A stretch of DNA of 59,489 nucleotides from positions 1-59,489 of the IMG/VR virus record IMGVR_UViG_3300033562_001863; one strand, given 5' to 3'. Below are positions 42,331-52,023 of the stretch, piece by piece. Numbering within the stretch: position 1 is the stretch's first letter; each line of letters starts with the position of its first letter. The position numbers and the translations under genes are program-made. The notes under the pieces were generated by a model. The model did not search any database. It saw only the letters and a list, made by a program, of their open reading frames with translations, and was not told the origin of the DNA. The stretch comes from a virus (taxonomy: Duplodnaviria; Caudoviricetes).

Positions 42331-42675
42331 ATGAAAATAAAAGATATCATTGTATTATTAGAATCTAAGAATAAACCTTGGACTGCTAATCAATACGAAA
42401 GAAAATGGAATCCTTCTGCTGGTAAGAAAGGTCTTTGGGAGTATAAACATAGGGCAAAGCTTGGCCTATATTCTACAGACACCGACAAAGTAGTCCACCA
42501 TAAGAATGGTAACATACACGATAACAGAAAAAGCAATCTCGAAATAGTTTCAAGGGCAACCCATGCAGCGTTGGGAAAACCGGCACTAAAACATGAAAAA
42601 TGTAGATACTGTAATAAACCTCATTTTGCTCATGGCCTTTGTAGAAGTCATTATTACAAGAAGTTCAAAAAGTAA
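42331..42675 (+). CDS. HNH endonuclease domain protein with C-terminal Zn finger
   Basis: VVHHKNGNIHDNRKSNL..H; C..C..H...GLC..HY. Confidence 0.8.
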   Translation: MKIKDIIVLLESKNKPWTANQYERKWNPSAGKKGLWEYKHRAKLGLYSTDTDKVVHHKNGNIHDNRKSNLEIVSRATHAALGKPALKHEKCRYCNKPHFAHGLCRSHYYKKFKK

Positions 42676-42725
42676 AACTCAAAAACCGTAAAGATAAATA
42701 AAATAAAAGTTTGGAGTTTTAATAT

Positions 42726-43286
42726 ATGAATATAGCAATGATTTTAGAGAGCGACACCTTCTATATAACAGAGGGTTTAACCTTTTTCAAAAACAGTAAA
42801 AGATTAAGTTCTTTAGCTAGTAAAATGGAAAGAAATCTTTCTTACGCCAGTAATGAACAAGAGCGTGAGGAAATAAGCGAATATATAAAAAACTTAAAAG
42901 AAGCAGCTCAAGAGTTTTCAAATATAGAAGCTAAATATACAACTGGAAATAAGATAGAAGCCAAAGCAGAATATGATAAACTTCGAGTAAGATATTTCAA
43001 ACTTATGAAAGACATCAACACAGAAACAATGAAAAAGTTCTTGCTTGGAGCTGGCCTATATGTAGGAATAGCTATTTTACTTAATGCTTTTCCTGTCGGA
43101 GTTTCTGGAGAGCAAATGCCTACAGGCCTTGATGCGATTAGAAAGCAGATAAGCATAAATAACTCACAGATTTCTTCAATAAAAAGCAGCACAAAACAAC
43201 TTGCTATAATGGAAAAGAATATGGGTCTTATGGAAAAACTACAGAGAGAAATGAGTAGGCTTCAAAGAAAGATGCCAAGAACTTAA
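42726..43286 (+). CDS. hypothetical coiled-coil protein with hydrophobic segment
   Basis: ORF with GGAG RBS. Confidence 0.6.
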   Translation: MNIAMILESDTFYITEGLTFFKNSKRLSSLASKMERNLSYASNEQEREEISEYIKNLKEAAQEFSNIEAKYTTGNKIEAKAEYDKLRVRYFKLMKDINTETMKKFLLGAGLYVGIAILLNAFPVGVSGEQMPTGLDAIRKQISINNSQISSIKSSTKQLAIMEKNMGLMEKLQREMSRLQRKMPRT

Positions 43287-43305
43287 TATCAACATCGGGG
43301 GAAGT

Positions 43306-43821
43306 ATGAAACAGCATAAATACGCATTTCTTGAAGAAAATGAAACTTCTTTCATTAGGACTTGGTATAACGATCAAACAAATAGTAAAGAAATAAGAAA
43401 CATTATAGAAAAAAATCCAATATACTTTTGTAGGTCAATAGATTTAAGTAAGGATAAGATAAAGGCAACTACTTCAATGGTCGTCCTCTCTTATTGTGAT
43501 AATGATTGTAAGCAGTTTTTCTTTAAGTATTTTAATAAATATGTTATAACAATACAGGACTTGGTTATTTTTCTAGACCAAGTAAAAGTATTCAGGGGAT
43601 TTGGAAAGGTTATCAAACTTTCAGTTTATAACTGGTTCAAAGATAAAACATTAGACCAAATAGAAAAAGAACTTTCCAGTAATATTGGAAACACCTCTTG
43701 GTCTAACAGGGACATTCTCAACAAGTTTCATATAAAACCTTGGAACGCTGATGTTTCAAATCTTTTCAAAAAGTTTGTAGAAGAGGAAAAAGTAAATGAG
43801 CAACGAGCTAGTTTTAGCTGA
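43306..43821 (+). CDS. hypothetical protein
   Basis: GGGGG RBS. Confidence 0.6.
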   Translation: MKQHKYAFLEENETSFIRTWYNDQTNSKEIRNIIEKNPIYFCRSIDLSKDKIKATTSMVVLSYCDNDCKQFFFKYFNKYVITIQDLVIFLDQVKVFRGFGKVIKLSVYNWFKDKTLDQIEKELSSNIGNTSWSNRDILNKFHIKPWNADVSNLFKKFVEEEKVNEQRASFS

Positions 43822-43984
43822 AAGTTTTATCGGTAAGCTAGTAAGTTTCAACAACGAACTTTCTAAAATAGTTTCTATAACTTATTCTTGCAATGATAAA
43901 ATACCTTTATTTCATTTAGAAAACGGATATGTTATGAATGCTAATATAGCAAAAGATGAAAATAACTCTTACTTTTATACTTGA
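43796..43984 (+). CDS. hypothetical protein
   Basis: Short ORF with GAGG RBS. Confidence 0.5.
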   Translation: MSNELVLAESFIGKLVSFNNELSKIVSITYSCNDKIPLFHLENGYVMNANIAKDENNSYFYT

Positions 43985-44009
43985 CAAAGTTTTATATTTA
44001 TAGTATAAT
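43981..44009 (+). promoter_or_regulatory. sigma70-type promoter
   Basis: TTGACA-N17-TATAAT. Confidence 0.75.
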
Positions 44010-44042
44010 ATATATAGGACATTTATATTATGGGGGACGAAA

Positions 44043-45074
44043 ATGACAACTTATTATAACGCTGATTCCATGAACTCACAATATGCCATAGGAACTCTTG
44101 CTACCAAAGCAATTTCTTTTAAGGATTGTTCTGTAGCTATTATGGAAGTTCCTACTGGAGCTAAAGCTTTCACTACAAAAATAGAGATGGAAAAAAACGC
44201 AGAAAACAAAGAAGTCCCAGTTGTTTATATTATGACAGATAATGTAGATAAAGATATACACATATTCAACGAAGGATTTGTGTCTGTATCAAAAAGACTA
44301 TTTGCTTACTTTGGCAGAGTAAAATATAATTTCGCTGGATATTATATAAAAGATGAAGCGGCTGAAAAATATGGTGTTCCAAGCGGAACTATCTGGATAC
44401 ATGACATCTATATCAATAGCAACTTTATTGACTTTCCACTTTTTACCAGAATAATGACAAATGCTGGACTTAAAATATTACCAGTTGTAAATATTATGAA
44501 GTTTTCTGAGGAAAGTGCAAAAAGCGTCATTGGAACTCCATCAATGATAAACCCAAAAGAAACAATAGAAGAAATATTTATTCGTAGAAGAATAGAAGAT
44601 TTGGAAGGTTCTGTTTCAACTTATAGTAGAGCGGCTTGCTTATATAAAAAACCAATTATAAATGTTCCAGCTATAATAAAAGAAGAGATCCCGTTATTGC
44701 CATTTGCTGAAACAGAAACAGAGGAAGAAGTTAGCCAGACAGAAATAGATAGAATACTGGAAGATATAAATGGAGAAAAAGAAGAAAAGCCAGTATCTAA
44801 AAAAATAGAAATGTTGAAAGAGTTCGTAAAGGATACTTTTGATTTCTATATAGAATCTAAAACAATGGCGGAAGAGCTTACCATTAGAAAAGTAGAACTT
44901 AAAAAAGAAAACTACTATCTTATATTAAGTTACATAAAATCAAAGTTTCTCAATTATATTCTTCTTGATAAAGATTATCAAGAAAGTAACCAGAAAGAGT
45001 TCAGGTTTTATTTTATAGATAAAATAATAACAGATGTTGCTAAAGATTTTATAAAGGAGAATCTTAAAGTATGA
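44043..45074 (+). CDS. hypothetical protein, possible degenerate RNA-ligase-2-like fold
   Basis: WIHDI, ILPVV, EEIFIR spaced like ligase motifs but no motif-I Lys. Confidence 0.45.
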   Translation: MTTYYNADSMNSQYAIGTLATKAISFKDCSVAIMEVPTGAKAFTTKIEMEKNAENKEVPVVYIMTDNVDKDIHIFNEGFVSVSKRLFAYFGRVKYNFAGYYIKDEAAEKYGVPSGTIWIHDIYINSNFIDFPLFTRIMTNAGLKILPVVNIMKFSEESAKSVIGTPSMINPKETIEEIFIRRRIEDLEGSVSTYSRAACLYKKPIINVPAIIKEEIPLLPFAETETEEEVSQTEIDRILEDINGEKEEKPVSKKIEMLKEFVKDTFDFYIESKTMAEELTIRKVELKKENYYLILSYIKSKFLNYILLDKDYQESNQKEFRFYFIDKIITDVAKDFIKENLKV

Positions 45075-46255
45075 ACGAAACAGATCTAGAAAACTTTTCT
45101 ATTATAAAAGATATAGTAGAAAAGGCCTTCTCTTTATCTGATAAGTCCTTATCTTTTTTCAAAGATTTTTTAGACTCGGGAGAAAATATAGCTCCCGAGT
45201 TTTTATCTATTTTAGGGCCAGATAGAAGAAAAAAGGTTAATGTTTCATTAAAAAACATAGAACCGTTTGATTCTGGTTGGGAAATATTCTCTCATGTATT
45301 TCAAGATTTTATAGAAGAAAATAAAATAGAATATAGTCATTTTAATTCTAATATATTTGATGGCAAAAAACTATTCAAGGCAATAATTAGTTCTTCTATT
45401 GGAAAAGAAGAGTATTATGGCAGAAGATATTGTGATAAATACACATTGCCTTATCATGCTTTTGTAAAATACATAAAAGAAGAAGATATAGTACAAAATA
45501 TATTAAAGACAATAGGGACAAAAAAACTTCCAAAATCAAATAGTTTTGAAATAATTATGACAGCAAACTTTGCCGATTGGTTTTTATGTTCTACAGGCGA
45601 AAGTTGGGGAAGCTGTATTGGGTTAGATAGTTCTTACGATAGTGCCTATTGGTCTGGACTTCCTGGTCTAGTAGGGGATAAAAATAGAATAATGATATAT
45701 CTTACTGATGGTAGCAAAAAAGATTATTTAGATATAAAAGTAGATAAAGTAATAGCTCGCTCTTTTGGGTTTTTAACAGAAGAAGGTTTTATCTATACTT
45801 TAAAAAACTATCCAGTAAATCTATTAAGTCCATTTTTTATGGAACATTGCTTCTCTAATTTTAAATTTTATCCTTTTAGTAACGATAGCAAAGTAAAATA
45901 TATTTCTAAATATCCAATAACTCCACTATATTTTAATGAAGGAAGTGGATGTTTTATATTCAACGATAATTCAGAGTTTTTTAAAAAAGCAGATGGTAGC
46001 TTATATATTAGTTCTAAAGGTGGCGGATATTCTGTATATAATGAAGAGGGAACATTATGCGAAGATTCCCCTGCTTTTTATTCAAGTGGGCTAACAAACT
46101 TACTTAGAAATGAAGAACAAATATCAGATCACTTTGAAGAGTTTTTTACTTGCCAAGAATGCGGTGTGGCTATGTCAAGTGAGGAATGCTTTCATATGGA
46201 CGATGGAATTTATTGTGAAGAGTGTTATATAAAAACTAATAGTAGGGAATACTAA
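45071..46255 (+). CDS. Cys-motif family protein with C-terminal zinc ribbon
   Basis: NFADWFLCSTGESWGSC..YWSGLPG..D.NR..YLTDG. Confidence 0.75.
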   Translation: MNETDLENFSIIKDIVEKAFSLSDKSLSFFKDFLDSGENIAPEFLSILGPDRRKKVNVSLKNIEPFDSGWEIFSHVFQDFIEENKIEYSHFNSNIFDGKKLFKAIISSSIGKEEYYGRRYCDKYTLPYHAFVKYIKEEDIVQNILKTIGTKKLPKSNSFEIIMTANFADWFLCSTGESWGSCIGLDSSYDSAYWSGLPGLVGDKNRIMIYLTDGSKKDYLDIKVDKVIARSFGFLTEEGFIYTLKNYPVNLLSPFFMEHCFSNFKFYPFSNDSKVKYISKYPITPLYFNEGSGCFIFNDNSEFFKKADGSLYISSKGGGYSVYNEEGTLCEDSPAFYSSGLTNLLRNEEQISDHFEEFFTCQECGVAMSSEECFHMDDGIYCEECYIKTNSREY

Positions 46256-46263
46256 AAAAATAC

Positions 46264-46292
46264 TTTACAAAGTTTTTACTCTATGGTATAAT
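46264..46292 (+). promoter_or_regulatory. sigma70-type promoter
   Basis: TTTACA-N17-TATAAT. Confidence 0.75.
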
Positions 46293-46359
46293 ATTATATG
46301 AAGAAATAGATTGTTTCTACTTTTGTAGGAAAAGCTTATTATTTGGGGGATGAAGCATT

Positions 46360-47454
46360 ATGTATGAAAAAATAAATAATGAAATGCTTCTTGAACTTTT
46401 TAGAATACCTGCTATGTCAGGAAAAGAAGATGCTGTAGCTGATTTTATTAAAAAGAAGTTAGTAGCAATGGAAGTTTCTTTTAATATAGATTCCTATGGA
46501 AATATTTATAATGTTTCCAATAAAAATAAGCCAATACTTTCATCTCATATGGATACCGTTCAAAGAGATGACGATGAAAAACTTTGCAAGTTTATAAATA
46601 TTTATCAAACAGATTCTGGCGTTGATGTTCTTAAGGGCCTCGGCGTAATTGGCGGGGATGACAAATGTGGTATATATGCCATTCTTGAAATATTAAGAAA
46701 GCACAAAGACATAAACTTCGTTTTTTCAAAAGAAGAAGAAGTTGGCTGTAAGGGAATAAGTGCCTTCGCCAAAGAGATAAATCTTAAAGATAAAGAAATA
46801 CTTTATGGTCTTATAATAGACAGAAGATTTGCAACAGATATAATCTGTACCCTCAACTCTTATGGATCAACTTCCTTTCAAGATGAATTATCTAAAATAG
46901 GAAAAGATTTTGGGTATTCTCCAGCAAGTGGATCTCTAAGTGACGCAAATACTTTAAAAGAATATTTTAGTTGCGCAAATCTTAGTTCGGGATATTTTAG
47001 ACCGCACTCAAAGCAGGAATATGTAAAACTTCCTGATCTTCTAAAAACGATAAACTATATCGAAAGTATAATAGAAAAAGTAACTGTTCCATTTTCTCCT
47101 TATGTTGCTCCAACAGTAAAGACCTATGATTATTCTAGTTATAGAGGTAAGGGGCCTTACTATGGTAAAGGTGAAAAAAAAGATTGGCGAAAAGACGATT
47201 GGGACGACGAGTATGCTTTTTATGGTAGAGAAGAAAAAAAAGTAAAAACAAAAGCAAGAGTAAGTAGCGGGGGTCTTGATAAATATTTTCCAGTTAAGCA
47301 TATTTGTGACTGCTGCAGTATTTTGACAGAATGCTATAGGTTAGATACTTTTTCTAAACCAATTTATGTATGCTCTGTTTGTTCCGATAAGCTGGAAACT
47401 GAATTGTCTGATATAAAGGTCTTGACTGATCCTTATTATTATGATGAAGTTTAA
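46360..47454 (+). CDS. M20/M28-family zinc peptidase, paralog of 3691-4620
   Basis: SSHMDTV, GGDDKCG, EEEVG, SD, NLSSGY..H. Confidence 0.85.
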   Translation: MYEKINNEMLLELFRIPAMSGKEDAVADFIKKKLVAMEVSFNIDSYGNIYNVSNKNKPILSSHMDTVQRDDDEKLCKFINIYQTDSGVDVLKGLGVIGGDDKCGIYAILEILRKHKDINFVFSKEEEVGCKGISAFAKEINLKDKEILYGLIIDRRFATDIICTLNSYGSTSFQDELSKIGKDFGYSPASGSLSDANTLKEYFSCANLSSGYFRPHSKQEYVKLPDLLKTINYIESIIEKVTVPFSPYVAPTVKTYDYSSYRGKGPYYGKGEKKDWRKDDWDDEYAFYGREEKKVKTKARVSSGGLDKYFPVKHICDCCSILTECYRLDTFSKPIYVCSVCSDKLETELSDIKVLTDPYYYDEV

Positions 47455-47662
47455 TATATTTGGGGGAAATAAAATAAGGAGAAAAACAGGATAAATAATG
47501 GGAGTGGATAAGTTAATAATAGTTTGCGCAACTGTGGTTTTGATAATATTTTTAATGGGCTCTTTTCCAACTGTGGCAGTTGCCCTTACTGCTATTTCTC
47601 TTGTAGCTCTATTTCTGCTAGATCGCAACTAGATTTTGGAAAGATAATCTTTAGAGGGTAAG

Positions 47663-47899
47663 ATGACGAAACTGACTTCAAACGAGCTAGCTGATTTAAT
47701 AGTAGATTATCTAGAGGAAAATAGATATCCAGATAAAATGTTATCTTTTATCTGGAAAACTATTTTTGATGGCGTTGAAGCATTTCCAGAAAATCCAAGA
47801 GAGTTTATAGATTTTATTCTTGATGAGATATATTCATCTGAATTAAAATACCTAGCAAAGATTTATAGAAAAATACAAAAAGAGGAAAACAATGAGTGA
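47663..47899 (+). CDS. hypothetical protein
   Basis: GAGG RBS. Confidence 0.55.
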   Translation: MTKLTSNELADLIVDYLEENRYPDKMLSFIWKTIFDGVEAFPENPREFIDFILDEIYSSELKYLAKIYRKIQKEENNE

Positions 47900-48074
47900 A
47901 AAAGTAGAAGTTAATATAGCTCCTAGTAATGTTGGAAAAACTGGAACTGTAATAGACATGCCAGTAATAAAAACTGAAGTTAAAGATGGATTAGAAGTTT
48001 CGTTTGAGACGTTTGTTTCAGCCAAGAAAGGCGTAGAGGTTTCTTTTGAGGTTGAAACTGTAAGCGGAAAATAA
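47892..48074 (+). CDS. hypothetical protein with internal KxGxEVSFE repeat
   Basis: KDGLEVSFE / KKGVEVSFE. Confidence 0.55.
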   Translation: MSEKVEVNIAPSNVGKTGTVIDMPVIKTEVKDGLEVSFETFVSAKKGVEVSFEVETVSGK

Positions 48075-48095
48075 AATATTTGGGGGTAAAGAGAT

Positions 48096-49475
48096 ATGAA
48101 CTCTTTAGATAGTAAAAACTTCTCTATAATAAATAAACTGGCTGGGGATTATTTTTCTTTATCTCCAGACAGTTTTATTGTTTTTAATAAAGCTCTTATG
48201 GAAGGAAGAGAACTTCCAGAAGAATTTGCTGCAATACTAAAAGACTCTCCTGATGGTAGAGCAAGGTTTAAGGCCCCAGTCACTATAAACGAAAAAATAG
48301 ATGATGGCTGGAGACTATGGAAAGAAAAGTATAGCTCATTTTTTCAAACAAATAAAATAAGCTATGAAGAGTATTACAACAATAGAGTTAATAGCGAAGA
48401 TAGCAAAGTTCAAAAACTATCAAAATTTATTTCTAAATGGTTTTTTGAAAATACAAAAAGTTTTATAGAGCAAATGGCAAGATATAACACTTTGCGCATT
48501 ATTTATTCTTTTCTTGCTGCAAATGATATATCAAAAGAAAAATTCTTCTCTGATGTATTTGAAAAAGAAGAAAATATAAAAGCAGCAGTTGAAACTTGCC
48601 AAGCAATGAAACTGTCTGCTAAAGACGGTAAGCTTAAGATAAAGTTTTCTGTTTCAAAGAATGAAAAAAGTTTTAGTTTATATATAACTTTAGAGAAGTT
48701 TTCAAAGATACCTTATCTTGAAAGTTTGATAAACTATTATATACTAAAATCAAATGAAGAGGTTGGCAGAGTTGCTCTTCCTAAATCAAAAGATTTAGAG
48801 ATAGTGTTTTCTACAAACTTTGCTGACTGGTTTCTTTGTTCTACATCAGAAAGTTGGAGCAGTTGTCTGTCCCTTACAGCTAACTATTCCTCTGCTTATT
48901 GGGCTGGTCTTCCAGGGACGATAACTGACAAAAATAGAGCTTTAGTTTATTTGACCGACGGTAAGAAAAAAAACTACGAAGGAATAGAAGTAGATAGAAT
49001 TATTACAAGGTCTTGGGTTCTTTTGATGTCAAATGGGAAAAAAGATGTGCTTCATTTTGTAAATGAATATCCTGGCGGGTTTTCCTTATTTGGATTAACT
49101 AAAGAAATATTAAAGGGTTTCTTTGAAAATATTCTTTCCATAAAAGATTTGGATGAATACTACACTTCAAAATATCCTTTTGTTGGTTTGTTTCACAGTG
49201 CAGACCAAAAAGCTTATATCATAAGTTCTATTTTCTTTGATACTACTTACTTAAGGTTTATTAAAGCAAATAAAGATGAATGCTTATTCAAACACTGTGT
49301 GGGAGGAAGAGGCGGAAGTTGTTATGGCTTCAGTAAGAACACAAACAGAATAGAAAATGATTACGGCCATATAGATTTAGATAGTAGTTATAATGGTGAA
49401 GAGGATGCTGGTAGTGGATTAGAGTATTTGAAAAATACTGGGAAAACAATAGCTGACAATATCGTTACAGGGTAA
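48096..49475 (+). CDS. Cys-motif family protein
   Basis: NFADWFLCSTSESWSSC..YWAGLPG..DKNR..YLTDG..RSW. Confidence 0.75.
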   Translation: MNSLDSKNFSIINKLAGDYFSLSPDSFIVFNKALMEGRELPEEFAAILKDSPDGRARFKAPVTINEKIDDGWRLWKEKYSSFFQTNKISYEEYYNNRVNSEDSKVQKLSKFISKWFFENTKSFIEQMARYNTLRIIYSFLAANDISKEKFFSDVFEKEENIKAAVETCQAMKLSAKDGKLKIKFSVSKNEKSFSLYITLEKFSKIPYLESLINYYILKSNEEVGRVALPKSKDLEIVFSTNFADWFLCSTSESWSSCLSLTANYSSAYWAGLPGTITDKNRALVYLTDGKKKNYEGIEVDRIITRSWVLLMSNGKKDVLHFVNEYPGGFSLFGLTKEILKGFFENILSIKDLDEYYTSKYPFVGLFHSADQKAYIISSIFFDTTYLRFIKANKDECLFKHCVGGRGGSCYGFSKNTNRIENDYGHIDLDSSYNGEEDAGSGLEYLKNTGKTIADNIVTG

Positions 49476-49481
49476 AAAATA

Positions 49482-49510
49482 TTTACAAAGTTTTTATTCT
49501 ATGGTATAAT
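49482..49510 (+). promoter_or_regulatory. sigma70-type promoter
   Basis: TTTACA-N17-TATAAT. Confidence 0.75.
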
Positions 49511-49528
49511 ATTATATAGGGGGATACG

Positions 49529-51961
49529 ATGGGAACCAATGAAGAAGCTATTTTTGAAATAGTTAAAAATAACTTTGGATATGACGCAGAGAGTAGTGAT
49601 TTTATATACAAGCAACTATACGATAGAAACTTGGATAAAAGTATTACTGAAGCATTCTCATCGTATCCAGATGGAAGAATAAGAGTAAAAATAGACAACA
49701 AATATAAGGAAAATATAGACGAAGGTTGGAGAACTTTCATAAGCTTTTTCCCTACATTTACAAAAGAGTATAAAGTATCTTATGAAGACTTTGTAGAAAA
49801 TAGAGTTCTTGTTAATAAGAACACTATGAAACTAAAGAAAGCTATCACAAACTATAATGTTGATAAAGCATTCTCTCAAATGAGAGAAAAGAACTATGAT
49901 TTTTCTAATAAAATAGAATACATTTCAATAATAGACGATGTTATAGGAAAGGATAAAGTCTCCGCTATTATAGAAATTAAAGATGGAAATAGAAACATAA
50001 CTAATGTAATCACTGCTAGGGTTCCTGGCAGCGGATCTTCAAACATTTCTTTCATAGATATATCAAGCATGAGTTTTAAAAAGAAAATGTCAAAAGTAGA
50101 TACTCCAAAGATTATTTGTTTTAATGCTTTTTCAAATGGAGGGAAAGCAAGAACCTCTGGAAGAATTGTAACAAAATATGTAGTGACTAAAAGTGAAAAT
50201 ATTTTTTCTTTATTCACAAGTTCTGGGTCAAATCTTAGTTTTTCTCATCTGTTTGATATCAACAATGAAGAAGTAATCTCGTTGCTAGAAAAATCCACTT
50301 GGGTATCTTCTTATAGCAATGCCTTAAATGAAATATTTTTAGTTGTTTCTAGCAAAGAAGGAATAAGTACATTTGGATTTGATATTGAAAGTGAAAAATT
50401 TGTTTTAACAACACCTATAACAAAGACCAATCTTCCAGCAACAGATTTTCCTTTGTTTTGTAAAATAAAAGAAACCTCAGAGTTTTTGATTGGTGTTGCA
50501 CTTAACAATGATAAATTTACTGTAGGATACATAAGTAAAGATGGTATAAACTTTGAAGAAACTACTAGAGTAAATAAGGTAAGAAATAAAGAAATGGTTG
50601 GAAATCTGAACGGGGTTAATGCCTATCTTTATCAAAATACTTCTATCCTGTTAAGTCCAGATGCTGATGATAAAGCAATTAAAGAAGCTCTATTTGATAA
50701 AGTAGATAGAGATATTACAGAAAAGTTTGAAATAATAGGAGCAAAGTCGCTACCTAAAAATAAACAACTTGAAATAGTTTTCTCTATAAACTTTGCTGAC
50801 TGGTTTCTTTGTTCTACATCAGAAAACTGGACTTCTTGCTTGAATCTTGATAGTCATAGTCCATCAAGCCATTATCAAGGTTTGCCTGGCCTCCTTGGAG
50901 ATCCTAATAGAATGATGGTTTATATAACAGATGGTTCAGTGAAAGCTTACGATAATATAAGATCAGAAAAAATGTTTTCAAGAGCCTGGGTTCTTTTGGA
51001 TAAAGATAGTATATTTAATATAATAAAATTTTATCCATTAGAACTGTTAGGTCCAAAAGATTTAGATGAAATAGCACACGATATAGGTTTTAAGTTTAAA
51101 TTTATGGGAGAAGATTTTGTTTCAAAGAATAGCATAACTCCTGTTTATTTTAGCTATCCTCGTAATGATAAATTAAAGTTTTCGTCTTTCATATTCCAAG
51201 ACAAAACTACATTCAAGCAAATAAAGGATAAGTTTCATTTAGTATGGTCTCCTTCGAATAGTTATTATACTATAGTTAAAGACAACAACACAAGCAAATC
51301 TAAAATAAAGAATACAAGTTTGTTTCATTATGATGGCGGAACAAGAAATCTTATAAGAGCGGGAATTAAGATTACTTCATATTTCAAAATGTTAGGAGAT
51401 ATTTTTGCTGTTTGTACTGTTTGTGGAATTGATATAAATGAAACTTCCTCAAGAGCATTTAGTCATGATGATAAACGTTATTGTAGGCATTGCTACGAGA
51501 AAATGTTTTCAAGATGTAGCATATGTGGTATTAACTTCTTATCAGAAGAAGCTAAAGAAATAGATGGAAAAACTATTTGTCCTAGCTGCCACGAAAGATT
51601 TTCTACATCTTGCCATATATGTGGGAAAAACACTATAAAAAGATATACTGTTTATGAAGGAAAAGAGACAGTACATTTATGCGAAGGATGTTGTAATGAA
51701 ATTTCGTGCGACTCACATGAACCTAAGTATAAGAAATATGTAGATGGTATAAGATGCGTTGAATGTTCTGCTATATTTGTAGATAAAGAAGCCGAACAAT
51801 ACAACGGGGAAGTATTCAAAACCAGGGACGGAACAAAAATGATAAAATGTGTTCCTTGCTTACACAAGTATCAAGAAGAAAATCATTATGATGATACAAA
51901 CAGTGATGAAGATGACGAGTATTACAATGACGAAGAAAACGGCGACGATAATGAAGAATAA
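49529..51961 (+). CDS. Cys-motif family protein with large insert, zinc ribbons and acidic tail
   Basis: NFADWFLCSTSENWTSC..GLPG..DPNR..YITDG..RAW; multiple CxxC. Confidence 0.75.
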   Translation: MGTNEEAIFEIVKNNFGYDAESSDFIYKQLYDRNLDKSITEAFSSYPDGRIRVKIDNKYKENIDEGWRTFISFFPTFTKEYKVSYEDFVENRVLVNKNTMKLKKAITNYNVDKAFSQMREKNYDFSNKIEYISIIDDVIGKDKVSAIIEIKDGNRNITNVITARVPGSGSSNISFIDISSMSFKKKMSKVDTPKIICFNAFSNGGKARTSGRIVTKYVVTKSENIFSLFTSSGSNLSFSHLFDINNEEVISLLEKSTWVSSYSNALNEIFLVVSSKEGISTFGFDIESEKFVLTTPITKTNLPATDFPLFCKIKETSEFLIGVALNNDKFTVGYISKDGINFEETTRVNKVRNKEMVGNLNGVNAYLYQNTSILLSPDADDKAIKEALFDKVDRDITEKFEIIGAKSLPKNKQLEIVFSINFADWFLCSTSENWTSCLNLDSHSPSSHYQGLPGLLGDPNRMMVYITDGSVKAYDNIRSEKMFSRAWVLLDKDSIFNIIKFYPLELLGPKDLDEIAHDIGFKFKFMGEDFVSKNSITPVYFSYPRNDKLKFSSFIFQDKTTFKQIKDKFHLVWSPSNSYYTIVKDNNTSKSKIKNTSLFHYDGGTRNLIRAGIKITSYFKMLGDIFAVCTVCGIDINETSSRAFSHDDKRYCRHCYEKMFSRCSICGINFLSEEAKEIDGKTICPSCHERFSTSCHICGKNTIKRYTVYEGKETVHLCEGCCNEISCDSHEPKYKKYVDGIRCVECSAIFVDKEAEQYNGEVFKTRDGTKMIKCVPCLHKYQEENHYDDTNSDEDDEYYNDEENGDDNEE

Positions 51962-51978
51962 ATAATAAAATAGCTAAC

Positions 51979-52007
51979 AAAAAAGCCCACCATTATGGTG
52001 GGCTTTT
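51979..52007. terminator. bidirectional terminator between convergent blocks
   Basis: A6-GCCCACCA-TTA-TGGTGGGC-T4. Confidence 0.8.
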
Positions 52008-52023
52008 GTATTTCTAAGTAATC

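Noticed and set aside
745-51867. Minus-strand ORFs in the early region (e.g. 4882-5628, 15458-16123, 41750-42151) and plus-strand ORFs over structural genes
   Set aside because: Antisense shadows of better-supported genes; no RBS or motifs
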